DNA from: Malacoraja senta
Lineage: Eukaryota
Direction: 5' to 3'
DNA length: 64,000 bases
NCBI GenBank assembly: GCA_038087875.1
Contig: CM075992.1
Span: forward strand, 560,001 to 624,000
The position numbers and the translations under genes were made by a program. Below are positions 11,820 to 23,990 of this stretch, in pieces; positions within the stretch are counted from its first letter, which is position 1, and each line of letters opens with the position of its first letter. The notes under the pieces are model-generated. The model made no database searches. It saw only the letters and a program-made list of their open reading frames with translations, and was not told the origin of the DNA.

Positions 11820-12260
11820 TTATAGGAGCATAATTAGGCCATTCGGCCCATCAAATCTACCTTCTAATCCCATTTTCCAGCTTTCCATAAGCCTAGACAC
11901 CCATTCTAATCAAGTTTGTCTATCTCTGCCTTAAAAATATCCACTGACTTGGCCTCCACAGCCGTCTGTGGCAATGAGTTCCACAGATTAACTACCCTCT
12001 GACTAAAGAAGTTCCTCCTCACCTCCTTTCTAAAATAGCGCCCTTTAATTCTGAGGCTATGACCTCTGGTCCTAGACTCTCCCACCTGTGGAAACATCCA
12101 CTCTATCTATGTCTTTCATTATTCTGTAAGTTTCAATGAGGTCCCCCCTCCACCGTCTAAACTCCAGCGAGTACAGGCCCAGTGCTGACAAACGCTCATC
12201 GTATGCTAACCCACTCATTCCTGGAATCATTCTTGTAAAACCTCCTCTGGACCCTCTCCA
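11820..12260 (-). mobile_element. CR1 LINE fragment
   Basis: SRTRGHSLRIKG...FFSQRVVNLWNSLP in the ORF track. Confidence 0.85.
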
Positions 12261-13104
12261 GTAACGCAATGCTGTTGTGCTGCAATGTCAAGGGCAGGGC
12301 AAGATAACACATGCACTTGTAGACAAAACAGGCCCAATCTCTCCAGAACCAAGGAGCCACAAACTGGAGAACTGACGGGAGAAAATGCAAACCACGACTA
12401 ACGGCTGGAAGCAACGTCACTCCACACTAAATGCCAAACAGATTCAACCTCAGGCTTCACATTAAAGGTTTCTTGTACACTAATCAGTTACAACTGATTC
12501 CACAATGAAGCTGTGGTTGAAGTGGATCAAGGTCTTCGACTCTCCATATATCCATACTGTGTTACAAAGTTGTCCCTCAGGTCCCTTATAACATTTTTCT
12601 GCTTGCATCATTTAAAACTATGCCCTGACCCGCTGAGTTACCCCAGCACATTGTGTCCACACTGGAAAAATCGGCTTTTGCCAAAACTTTCCCTTCCAAC
12701 TTTTCCTTCCTCTCATGGATGGTGGGAGGGGGAGAACGTTGGCAGAATGCAACAACATTAATAGCAACAATAACAAGAAGTAATCCATGAGTGGGCTTCT
12801 CCCTGGCATTCGCAGCCGGACGGATTCCCTGTAGCTCGGTGTTGGAAGTGGGTGAGAGGTTACAAGGAATCCTGAAACTTGTGCTCAAATGCAGCGTCAA
12901 ACTGCCGCAAGTATGGTAAGTATTTCTTTGTTGCTGTTCATATCCGGCGCATGGAACAAATACACACTCTTGTACCTCAATGCAGGACACGGGGAACAAG
13001 ATACAGGCCCCTCTGGAGTCAACAAGCTTCTGTGTTGGGCGTTCACATATTAAGTGAGCAGAAGAGCGTTGATGACATAAACTGGTAACAGATTAGTTCA
13101 CGAG

Positions 13105-13380
13105 GGGCGGCACGGTGGCGCAGTGGGTAGAGCAGGTGCCTCACAGCACCAGAGACCCCGGTTCGATCCCGACCTCGGGTGCTGTCTGTGTGGAGTTTTA
13201 CGTTCTCCCTGTGACCACATGGGATTCCACCGGGTGCTTCGGTTTCCTCCCGCATCCCAAAGACGTGCGGGTTTGGCCCTCTGTAAATTGCCCCCTAGTG
13301 CGTAGGGAGTGGATGAGATAGTGGGATAGCATAGAACTAGTGTGTACGAGCGGTCGATGGTCAGCGTGGACTGGGTGAGC
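13105..13380 (+). mobile_element. HE1-like SINE
   Basis: GGCACGGTGGCGCAG A-box region and GGTTCGATCC B-box. Confidence 0.8.
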
Positions 13381-13383
13381 TGC

Positions 13384-13700
13384 AGTGAAAGGGGGGGGGG
13401 ATAAAGGGAAAATATAGGAGTCTGGGATGGGGGATGAAGGTACAGAGGAGGGGAAGGAGCAGGGTGACTGGGGCGGTGACAATGGTGAGAGAAATCTGTG
13501 CGCAATTACTTGAAATTGGAGAATTCGATGTTCATACCGTCAGGCTGTTGGGTGCCCAAGCGGAACATGAGGTGCTGTTCCTCCAGTCTGCGTGTGGCCT
13601 CTCTCCGTCAATGGAGGAGGCCCAGGACAGAAAGATCAATGTGGGAATGGGAAGGAGAGTTAAAATGGTTAGCAACCAAGAGATCCAGCCAACCTTGGCA
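13384..13700 (-). mobile_element. Penelope-like element: GIY-YIG endonuclease C-terminus plus downstream pyrimidine-rich UTR
   Basis: The minus strand reads VANHFNSPSHSHIDLSVLGLLH*RREATRRLEEQHLMFRLGTQQPDGMNIEFSNFK*, typical of the end of Penelope ORFs. Confidence 0.8.
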
Positions 13701-14554
13701 GACAAAGTGTGAAGAAAACATGTTTGGGTCCAGCCTCGCATTGGTTCATGCAACACACATTGCACCATGCACATGTTTTAGACCTCAATATATCTGATGC
13801 AAAGTGCTGGAGTAACTCAGCGGGACAGGCAACATCTCTTGAGAGAAGGAGTGGGTGACGTTTTGGATCGAGACCCTTCGTCTGAAGAAGAGTCCCCGGC
13901 CCGAAACGTCACGCATTCCTTCTCTCCAGAGATGCTGCCTGTCCCGCTGAGTGACTCCGGCACTCTGTGTCTAACAGGATAACGTTGTTACATTGGTCGG
14001 AGATAAGGATTAGGGGAAGATGCTGGCATTGAACCACCGGTAACTGAAGCCAAACGCATCGCAGGCAAGCGGAATGTGGAGCACCAGTGTGTTTCCATGG
14101 TTACTGCACTGTTGCAGAGTACACTGGAGCGCATCTCCTGACAAGAACGCAGGGACAACGTTGACCATTGCCGCTCGCTCCAAAGTTCATGTTGATAATC
14201 GGTAGGAGCAGAATTAGGCCATTCGGCCCAACAAGTCTACTCCACCATGTGGGTCAAGACCTTTTTACATACTGGATTATAATATCCACTTCTGAGGTCC
14301 ATCTTAACTGTGATACTGTTTGGGCAGGGAGGGGCACATCAGTGAGCAGTGCTGAACTACTATCTACCTCATCACTGACCCTCGGACTATCCTTGATCGG
14401 ACGTTACCTTGCACTAAACGTTATTCCCTTATCATGTATCTGTACACTGTAAATGGCTCGATTGTAATCACGTATTGTCTTTCCGCTGACTGGATAGCAG
14501 GCATCAAAAGCTTTTCACTGCACCTCGGTACACGTGACATTAAACTAAACTAGA

Positions 14555-14855
14555 ATGTCCAGAACCAGGGGCCACAGTGTAAGAATAAGGGGTAGGCCAT
14601 TTAGAACGGAGACGAGGAAACACTTTTTCACCCAGAGAGTTGTGAATGTGGAATTCTCTTCCTCAGAAGGTGGTGGAGGCCAATTCTCTGGATACTTTCA
14701 AGAGAGAGTTAGATAGAGCTCTTAAAGATAGCGGAGTCAAGGGGATATGGGGAGAAGGCAGGAACGGGGTACTGATTGTGGATGATCAGCCATGATCATA
14801 TTGAATGGCGGTGCTGGCTCGAAGGGCCGAATGGCCTACTGCACCTATTGTCTAA
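14555..14855 (+). mobile_element. CR1 LINE 3' fragment
   Basis: Carries the CR1 3' UTR GGCTCGAAGGGCCGAATGGCCTACT. Confidence 0.8.
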
Positions 14856-15805
14856 TGTGCAATGGGAGACAGGCTTAGTTAAACAACCTCACCCCTGTAA
14901 CAAGAGCCCTGTGATCACACGTTCCTGATCTTCCCGTTTAGAGTTCAAAGACTGGGACCTGGTACCTGTCGGCATGGACACCCACTGCCCGCTGAGATAA
15001 CGTGTTTGTTTACAGATTTAACTGGTGTAGACATCAAAGCAAACAGGCAACTCCAGCAGGACTTGTAGACCGATCCCCAAGGCTCAACAGGTCAGTATCC
15101 CTTGGTATCGATTCCAGGGATCGATCCAGGTCGTTCAGTGATGCAGCTCTCGAGAGGCCCCTTTGCACTGCTTGAGCTGGTGTATTAAGTGTCCTGTTAC
15201 TGGGCACGAGTCATTCAATCACGACACGTCACCAGATGCTCAGGGAGACAGCGGAGACTGATAAATGCCACTGCATCTCGCATTCTCCTGAACAAAACGA
15301 TCGATCCAACAAGATCCCGTTCACAATTCCTTCAGCCTCGAGAATCAAGACCTTCTGATTTTAGATGATCAGCCATGATCATATTGAATGGCGGTGCTGG
15401 CTCGAAGGGCCGAATGGCCTACTCCTGCACCTGTTTTCCTATGTTTCTATGTTTATGGACAAACCAGTACGTCTTTGGAGTTTGGGGGGGAAACCGGAGC
15501 ACCCGGGTAAAACCCACGCAGGTCACGGGGAGAACGTGCAAACTCCGTACAGACAGCACCCGTAGTTATGCCCTGGCGCTACGAGGCAGCAGCTCTACCA
15601 CTGCACCACCGTACCTATCTACTGTGGGCTGGATTGAGAGCCATATAATGATAAGGACCTGCTTCAAGAATATATATTTTAAAAATATCCACGATTAGCA
15701 AAACAGCTGCCATGAAGAGTAGCCAATAATGTTTAGTCTGTTCACATTGCATGACAACACCAAGCTGACGAGAATTACAATTCTGCCGATCATCTCATTA
15801 TGGGT

Positions 15806-15833
15806 CTGAAGAAGGGTCTCGACCCGAAACGTC
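15806..15833 (+). ncRNA. Minimal hammerhead-ribozyme core motif (intact copy)
   Basis: CTGAAGA-A-GGGT(CTCG)ACCC-GAAAC-GTC. Confidence 0.6.
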
Positions 15834-15919
15834 ACCTATTCCTTCGCTCCATAGATGCTGCCTGGCCCGCTGAGTTTCTCCAGCATTTTTGTCCACCTCA
15901 TTAATGGGAATTGTAATAG

Positions 15920-16230
15920 TCAAGAGAGTTTTATTGCCATATGTCCCAGATGGGACAATTAAATCCTTACTTGCTGCAGCACAACAGAATATGTGAATAT
16001 GTAAACATAGTACATACAGGGGAAGTTAAATAAATAACAAATACAGTGCAATAATAATAGTCTTTTGCAGCTCAGAGCTTGTTCGTTGTAGTGTTTAATA
16101 GCCTGAAGGCTGTAGGGAAGAAGCTGTTCCTGAACCTGGACGTTACAGTTTTCAGGCTCCTGTACCTTCTTCCTGATGGCAATGGTGCGATGAGTGTGTG
16201 GCCAGGGTGGTGTGGGTCCTTGATGATTTT
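15920..16230 (-). mobile_element. Rex/Babar-type LINE 3' fragment
   Basis: KDPHHPGHT...PSGRRYRSLKT-type remnant. Confidence 0.75.
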
Positions 16231-16464
16231 GACATCTTTTGACATCCAGAATCAAGGGAAGAGTGTGAGGGAGTGCAGGGTGGTGGATGGAGCAGAGATT
16301 AAGCTGCTGACTGACTGGAAAAGACATCTGTGCGCTGGAATGTACTTGGCCAAGATTCCTGATGGATTCTGCCAAGTCTCAAAACTGCAGGAGATACAGT
16401 CAGTTCCCCCGACCTCGAGCTGCCTCTTCTGGCAAAAGCCAGCGATTTCTTAAACTCACTTGTT

Positions 16465-16767
16465 TAGTTTAGTTTAGGGAGACAGCACGGAAACCGGCCC
16501 TTCGGCCCACCGTGTCCGCACCGACCAGCGATCCCCGCACATTAACTCTATCCGACACACACTGGGGACAATTTACACTTATACCAAGCCAATTAACCGA
16601 CAAACCTGCACGTCTTTGGAGTGTGGGAGGAAACCGAAGATCCCGGAGAAAACGCACGCGGTCACGGGGAGAACGTACAAACTCCGTGCCGTAGTCGGGA
16701 TCAAACCCGGGACTCTGGTGCTGCAAGCGCTGTAAGGCAGCAACTCTACCGCTGCACCACCGTGGCC
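16465..16767 (-). mobile_element. HE1-like SINE
   Basis: Family body and (TAAAC)n tail. Confidence 0.8.
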
Positions 16768-16809
16768 ACTTGTGTTACATTAAAGAACACATGCGTTCAA
16801 CTCATACAT

Positions 16810-17390
16810 CAAGTCAAGTCAAGTGAGTTTATTGTCATGTGTCTCAGATAGGACAATGAAATTCTTGCTTTGCTTCAGCACAACAGAACATAGTAGGCAT
16901 TGACTACAAGGCATTCTATAAATATATACACAATGGTCAATATACTGATAAAGTGCAAATAACAGTATTGGCTAATAAAGTTTAGTGTTATGTCTGAGCC
17001 AGGTTTAATAGCCTGATGGCTGTGGGGAAGTAGCTATTCCTGAACCTGGTCGTTGCAGTCTTCAGGCTCCTGTACCTTCTACCTGAAGGTAGTAGGGAGA
17101 TGAGTGTGTGGCCAGGATGGTGTGGGTCCTTGATGATACTGCCAGCCTTTTTGAGGCAGCGACTGCGATAGATCCCCTCGATGGAAGGGAGGTCAGAGCC
17201 GATGATGGACTGGGCAGTGTTTACTACTTTTTGTGGAGTTTTCCTCTCCAGGGAGCTCAAGTTGCCGAACCAAGCCACGATACAACCGGTCAGCATGCTC
17301 TCTACTGTGCACCTGTAGAAGTTAGAGAGAGTCGTCCTTGACAAACCGACTCTCCGTAATCTTCTCAGGAAGTAGAGGCGCTGATGCGCC
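16810..17390 (-). mobile_element. Rex1/Babar-type LINE 3' fragment
   Basis: NFYRCTVESMLTGCIVAWFGN...LLPSGRRYRS...FP.AIRLLN, then AATAAA and a (TTGAC)n tail. Confidence 0.85.
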
Positions 17391-17889
17391 AGGATAAAGT
17401 GAGATGTTCAGATGTGCGGTGTCTCTCGTTCATAGACCAGAGAACAGTACAGCCACAGGAACTGTGCCCACAATATCTGTGCCAAACACCAATAGTCACG
17501 AGTGTTTGATTGTCGAATGTATCCAAACCGGAACAATAAAATCTCTACTTGCAGCAGCATCACAGATCTGTAAACATAGTACTCATGGATATCACAATGA
17601 ACAAAATTAAAGTTCAATACATTCTTTAAAAGATTGATAATAGTGCAAAAGCAAAGCCCAAAGTCCCTGTTGCAAACAAGCCAGCTCAAGTTAAATTCAT
17701 GTCCCTCTGCCTGTATGTGATCTTTACCCCTCCATATCCATGTTCCTATCTAAAATACACTTAAACCTGTCTCACACCACCACCCCTGGCAGTGCGTTCA
17801 AGGCACCCACCACCCTGTGGAAATAAAAACACTTGCTCCGCACATCTCCTTAAAACGTTGCCTCTCTCACCTTACAATAATGCCCCCTA

Positions 17890-18186
17890 GTTTAGTTTAG
17901 AGATACAGCGCGGAAACTGCCTTTCGGCCCACCGAGTCCGCACCGACCAGCGATCCCCGCACATTAACACCATCCTACACACCAGGGATAATTTATACTT
18001 ATGCCAAGCCAATTAACCTACAAACCTGCACGTCTTTGGAGTGTGGGAGGAAAGCTAAGATCTCGGAGAAAACCCACGCAGGTCACGGGGAGAACGTACA
18101 AACTCCGTACAGACAGCACCCGTGGTCGGGATCGAACCCGGGTCTCCGTCGCTGCGAGGCAGTGACTCTACCGCTGCCCCACCGTG
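17890..18186 (-). mobile_element. HE1-like SINE
   Basis: Family body and tail. Confidence 0.8.
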
Positions 18187-20164
18187 TTGCACATCTTTCA
18201 AACTTTGCTTCAGATGCTTCCAGAACCAAAAATTGGGCACCTCTGCTATAGGTGTAAGTCGTAGTCAAGAGTTGTACAACACAGAAACAAGCCCTTCTGC
18301 CACCATATCCATGCCCAACCCTCTCCCCCAACGACACTAATTCCACTTGAAGAAGGGTCTCGACCCAAAACGTCACCCATTCCTTCTCTCCAGAGATGCT
18401 GCCCGTCTCACTAAGTTACTCCAGCATTTTGTGTCTATCTTCGGTGTAAACCAGCATCTGCAGTTCCTTCTTACGCAAGGAATTACACTGAAGACAGAAA
18501 CAAAATGCTGGAGTAACTCGGCGGGACAGGCAGCATCGCTGGAGAGAAGGACAGAGGTCTGACAATATGTAGGTAACATCTCATGAAAGGCTTTGGATCA
18601 GAGGGTAATGACAGACCACTCTGCCGAGGCTAATGCCTTAGCAAGTACTCACTGGCACTTCTGGTAATTATGCATGGCTGGTTGTCAGATTACTGCTGTT
18701 AAGAATCACAATATTAGTGGTTCAATAGGCAACAGTATTAATTAAGCAATCATTTTCTTTGCGGAACGCAGCGAGGAATTGCTACTACTTTGTCGAGAGA
18801 TTTTAGTTTGGAAATTCAGCATTGAAACAGGCCCTTCGGCCCAACGAGTCCATGCCAACCATCGATCAGCCATACCCACTTTCTCATCCACTCCCTACAC
18901 ACTCTGAGCAATTTACAGTCAATAAACCTATAAAACCCGCACGTCTTTGGGATGTGGGAGAAAACCGGGGCTCCTGGAGAAAATCCACGTGGTCATAATG
19001 AGAATGTGCAAACTCCAACTTATATAATGAGTATTTGACAGCACTGGGCCTGCACTCGCTGGAGTTTAGAAGAATGAGGGGGGACCTCATTGAAACGTAC
19101 AGAATAGTGAAAGGCTTGGATAGAGTGGATGTGGAGCGGATGTTTCCACTAGTGGGAGAGTCTAGGACTAGAGGGCACAGCCTCAGAATTAAAGGACGTT
19201 CTTTTAGGAAGGAGATGAGGAAGAATTTCTTTAGTCAGAGGGTGGAGCAGTGGTAGAGTTGCTGTCTCACATCGCCAGAGCCCTGTGCTCGATCCTGAAT
19301 GGAGTTTGTACGTTCTCCCCGTGACCTGCGCGGGTTTTCCCCGGGTGCTCCGGTTTCCACCCACACTCCAAAGACGTGCAGGTTTGGAGGGTAATTGGCT
19401 TGGGTAAGAATTGTAAATTGTCCCAAGTGTGTGTAGGATAGTGCTAGTGTACGAAGATTGCGGGTGGACGCAGACTTGATGGGCCGAAGGGCCTGTTTCT
19501 GCTCTGTATCGCTTAAAAAGACTAAATTGGAATAGGAGGACAATGCGGAGTATGGTATACGGGACTGATATCGATGTGTACAATGGTCGGCATGGAATTG
19601 ATGGGCCGAAGGGCCTGTTTCTGCGCATAATGAAACAAGACAGGGGGGGGGATGAAAGATAGGAGCATTATACACGTCCATGTCTGTGTCAGTTCCACGT
19701 GAGCCACTCACAACCCTGCACAAAACCATTTGGATCGGAGGGTTAATTAACTGTCCGTTGCAAGAGGCCATTAGGGTTTTGTTCCAGCTCCCTCATTAGT
19801 TTTACCGAGTTTGGAAACGCTGACTGATCCATGAAAGATATCCTTTGTAATCATATTTAACTGGGGGAAAACCTCTCACGGCTATGACTAATGCAGCTGG
19901 AACAAACAGATCAATGCCCCCAAGAGCCATCAGCATTCTTCCTCTGCTCGTGTTGTATTACTAGTGATCAGTCAGTGGGCGTATCGGGGCAAAGTGGTCA
20001 CTATCAACCTGACCATGCTCGTCACGTCAATAAACGCAGAGAGACAACTCCACATTCACAGAGTCATACAGTGTGCAAACAGGCCCTTCGGCCCAACTTG
20101 CCCACGCCGACCCACATGCCCCACGTTTGGCCCATATCCCTCTAAACCCGTCCTATCCGCTAGG

Positions 20165-20905
20165 ACAGCACGGTGGCGCAGCGGTAGAGTTGCTGCCTCA
20201 CGGCGCCAGAGACCCGGGTTCGACCCCGACTACGGACGCTTGTCTGTACGGAGTTTGTACGTTCTCCCCGTGACCTGCGTGGGTTTTCTCCGAGATCTTT
20301 GGTTTCATAGAAAAACATAGAAACATAGAAAATAGGTGCAAGAGGAGGCCATTCGGCCCTTCGAGTCAGCACCGCCATTCATTGTGATCATGGCTGATCG
20401 TCCCCAATCAATAACCTGTGCCTGCCTTCTCCCCATATCCCTTAACACCACTAGCCCCTAGAGCTCTATCTAACTCTCTCTTAAATCCATCCAGTGATTT
20501 GGCCTCCACTGCCCTCTGTGGCAGGGAATTCTACAAATTCACAACTCTCTGGGTGAAAAAGTTTTTTCTCACCTCAGTCTTAAATGGCCTCACCTTTATT
20601 CTAAGACTGTGGCCCCTGGTTCTGGATTCCAGGTTTGTAGGTTAATTGGCTTTGTTTAAATGTAAAAAGTTATCCCTAGTGTGTGTCTGAAGAAGGGTCT
20701 CGACCCGAAACGTCACCTATTCCTTCGCTCCATAGATGCTGCCTCACCCGCTGAGTTTCTCCTGCATTTTTGCCTACCTTCGATTTTTCCAGCATCTGCA
20801 GTTCTTTCTGAAACACCCAGTGTGCGTTAATGTGCGGGGATTGCTGGTCGGTGCAGACTCGGTGAGCCAAAGGGCCTGTTTCCGTGCTGTATTCCTAAAC
20901 TAAAC
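20165..20905 (+). mobile_element. HE1-like SINE split by a minus-strand CR1 (about 20306-20629) and a hammerhead-motif element (about 20686-20813)
   Basis: The SINE body resumes after each insert. Confidence 0.75.
20687..20714 (+). ncRNA. Minimal hammerhead-ribozyme core motif (intact copy)
   Basis: Same 28-nt motif. Confidence 0.55.
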
Positions 20906-21911
20906 TATCCATGCATCTTTTAAATCTTTTTTTAAATCGGCTGGTCAAGTGTAATTTCTGCATAGTCTATCGCACAAGCAGTCCCCAGGTTAGAGGGTTC
21001 CAAAACTAGAGGGCACAGCCTTAGAGGGGAGAGGTCTAAGTGGGACCTCGGGGACAACTCAGAGAGTAGTCTGTGTCTGGAACGAGCACATTCAGTCTGA
21101 AGAAGGGCCTCGACCTGAAATGTCGCCCATTCCTTCTCTCCAGTGATGCTGCCTGTCCCGCTGAGTTACTCCAGCTCTCTGTGTCGATATTCGGTTTAAA
21201 CCAGCATCTGCAGTTCCTTCCTACACTATATATAATTGTGACTTTTAACACACATTGGGACAGATATATGGATAGGATAGGTTTAAGGGGCCGGACGAGG
21301 AGAGGGACGTCGGTTCACGGGAGTTGTTCCAGTACATCGAACGCACGGGCCGACCTGATGCGGATAATGGCACCAAAACATGTTGGCGCCCGCATGTGTA
21401 ATGTAAGCAAAAATAATCTCAACGTACATTTGGATAGGCACACATGGATACGCAGGGAATGGAGGCATGACTGAACAGTGGGAACGTTGAGTCCGCTGTG
21501 TGTGGGGATGTTCATGTTAAACTCTATCGTGCATTAGATATGTCTTAATTGACAAACCAGAATTATTTACTAAAATATGGTCTCCATTTATAGATTATCT
21601 GAAGGGGTAGACTGGGCCGGTGCGGAGGCCTGACTGAAACCTGAACCCAGGACTGGATGACTAGTTACGTTTTCTGACCTATGGACCTATCTCCTAAGTT
21701 GTATTATTGATAGTTTATCTTACTTTTCTAATTTCTTCTCTTTATTTCTTTATTTTTATTGTCTATAAATATTTAATATCGTGTATTGTGTTATTTTTAT
21801 AGGTATGGCTGTACGGTGACTCAAATCCCACTGTACCAATTGGTGCATGTGGCAATAAATGTAAATTGAACTTGAACCTGTTATGGATCACGTGCTGGTC
21901 TATAAGTGTTG

Positions 21912-22957
21912 TAGGTATGTTACAAAACTTACCTTCAGCGGCGCTGCAATTCTGCCACTGGCCGTGTGCGCGATTTTGGCGCCTTTGAGGGGAGGGGGGC
22001 GGGTTTAAAACGCGGGCTTCTCCTACCTTGTCCTGGTTAATATTTCGTTGGAGTGCAAACTTTTGATGAAGAATCGTTCCGACGGGTGTTTTGTGTGTTT
22101 TTTATTTTTATTCGATCGACAAATTCAGCGCTGGAATTATTTTAAAATCAGCTTCGAAAGCCGTCAACGACGACAACGGGGACGGATTTCACGCACGGGA
22201 CAGGTAAACGAAAGCAGTTTATTTTTTTGTATAAAAGTGCTTCTTAAGAGGCCTTTAATTCACATTTTTTAATGCGAAACGGTGATTCTTTTCCCCGAAC
22301 TAACGGCAGAATTTTTCATGCCGATTCGGGGTTAAATTCACAGCAAATCAACGTTCCAAATGATCGCGTTCCAGAAAACCCCATTCGCAAGATTATTTAA
22401 ATGCCCATTAATTTACCGGTATTAAACATTAAATTCCTTCCATTTGGCCTGTAAATCCATGACAATGAGATAAAAAAATTATGTTATATTGTGAATTCTT
22501 GTGTGAATGTTATTTGGACACTTAGGCTATTTAAAAATGTTAATCTATTCTTAAGAAATTGATAGATGTTTAGATCTAGTAATTGAATTTTGTAATTAGC
22601 TACAATTAGGTAACTAACTAATTATATGCTTTAATTTCATGTCATCTAAGTAAGATTGTTTCATATTTGTTTCAGAATGCTTCAATCTATAATAACTGAA
22701 AATTTCTTTCAGTTCTCTTAATTTTTAAGAAAGTTATGGCTTTTAACTGTCCTCGATCACAGCCTTTTGTGTTAAGTCAATGGAAAAGCAATAGGGAACA
22801 AGATGCTAATTTCCGAGTATGAAAATGGCCATAACTTTTTTAATACTGAAGATATGAAAGTGAATTAGGTGTCAAATTAAACTTCTTTTTATGCTTTATC
22901 TGATGGGATAAATTACAGACTTGATTTTTAAAATCTCAAAATGTTGTAACATTGCTA
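21912..22957. mobile_element. Non-autonomous TIR DNA transposon, about 1.05 kb, superfamily uncertain
   Basis: Imperfect TIRs TAGGTATGTTACAAAA and (reverse complement) TAGCAATGTTACAACA; flanks AGTGTTG/AGTGATG; abrupt change in composition; no transposase ORF. Confidence 0.65.
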
Positions 22958-23430
22958 AGTGATGGTCTTGGCTTCATGTTCAGTACAGACATTGCGGGCC
23001 GAAGGGCCTGTTTTTGTGCCGTACTGTTCTATGGTCTATCTCTCTACAGACTGCTGCTAAGATAAAACCTTTCATCGGCCACATAAATCAAAACAAACCT
23101 CAGCTCACTGCACAGGTTGGCAGCAGAAAGATACTGGGACATGGGTCAATCATGTGAGTTACTAAGTCAGATAACCTGGTGAAACTGCTTCGAGATCTGG
23201 TAAATCTACGCTCGTGGACTGTGCATGGTGAGTCAGCCTCTTCTCAGCACTAACTACACTGTGTGAACAGTGCCTTTCATCGTGTTCCCAAGGTCCTGGC
23301 CTCATTCTCCTACTCCAGAACCCGTCCGACTGAAAGATTAAAGTGGTTACATAACTCCACAGTCCCACTAATTACACAGGATTAAATCAACAGTGGTTCT
23401 AGTGTCTGCTGTAGGTTCAACGTCTTGGAA

Positions 23431-23990
23431 ACCCTGCCCACCGCAGCAATTGGCACCCATTCTGCCCATTCACACTGTACACCCACCCACCCTGCCCACC
23501 CACCCACCCTGTACACCCACCCACCCTGCCCACCCACCCACCCTGTACACCCACCCTGTACACCCACCCACCCTGTACACCCATCCACCCACCCTGCCCA
23601 CCGCAGCAATTGGCACCCATTCTGCCCATTCACACTGTACACCCATCCACCCACCCTGCACACCCACCCACCCTGTACACCCACCTTGTACACCCACCCT
23701 GTACACCCACCCACCCACCCTGTACACCCACCTTGTACACCCACCCTGTACACCCACCCTGTACACCCACCCACCCTGTACACCCACCTTGTACACCCAC
23801 CCACCCATCCACCCACCCTGCCCACCGCCCCAGCCCACCGCAGCCGGGTTACCGCAGGGCACCCATCCTGTGCACCACCCACCCAATCAATATTGCCCAC
23901 CCACCCTGCACACTCACACTGCCCACCCACCCACCCTGCCCACCACATCAGGGTCACCATCAGGGCACCCATCCTGCCCACCCACCTTTA
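23431..23990. repeat. CA-rich (CACC)n/CTGTACA minisatellite with a larger internal duplication
   Basis: CACCCACCCTGTA units; CCGCAGCAATTGGCACCCATTCTG occurs twice. Confidence 0.9.

Noticed and set aside
13105..13180. tRNA-like A and B boxes
   Set aside because: These are SINE heads followed by the SINE body; no complete cloverleaf.
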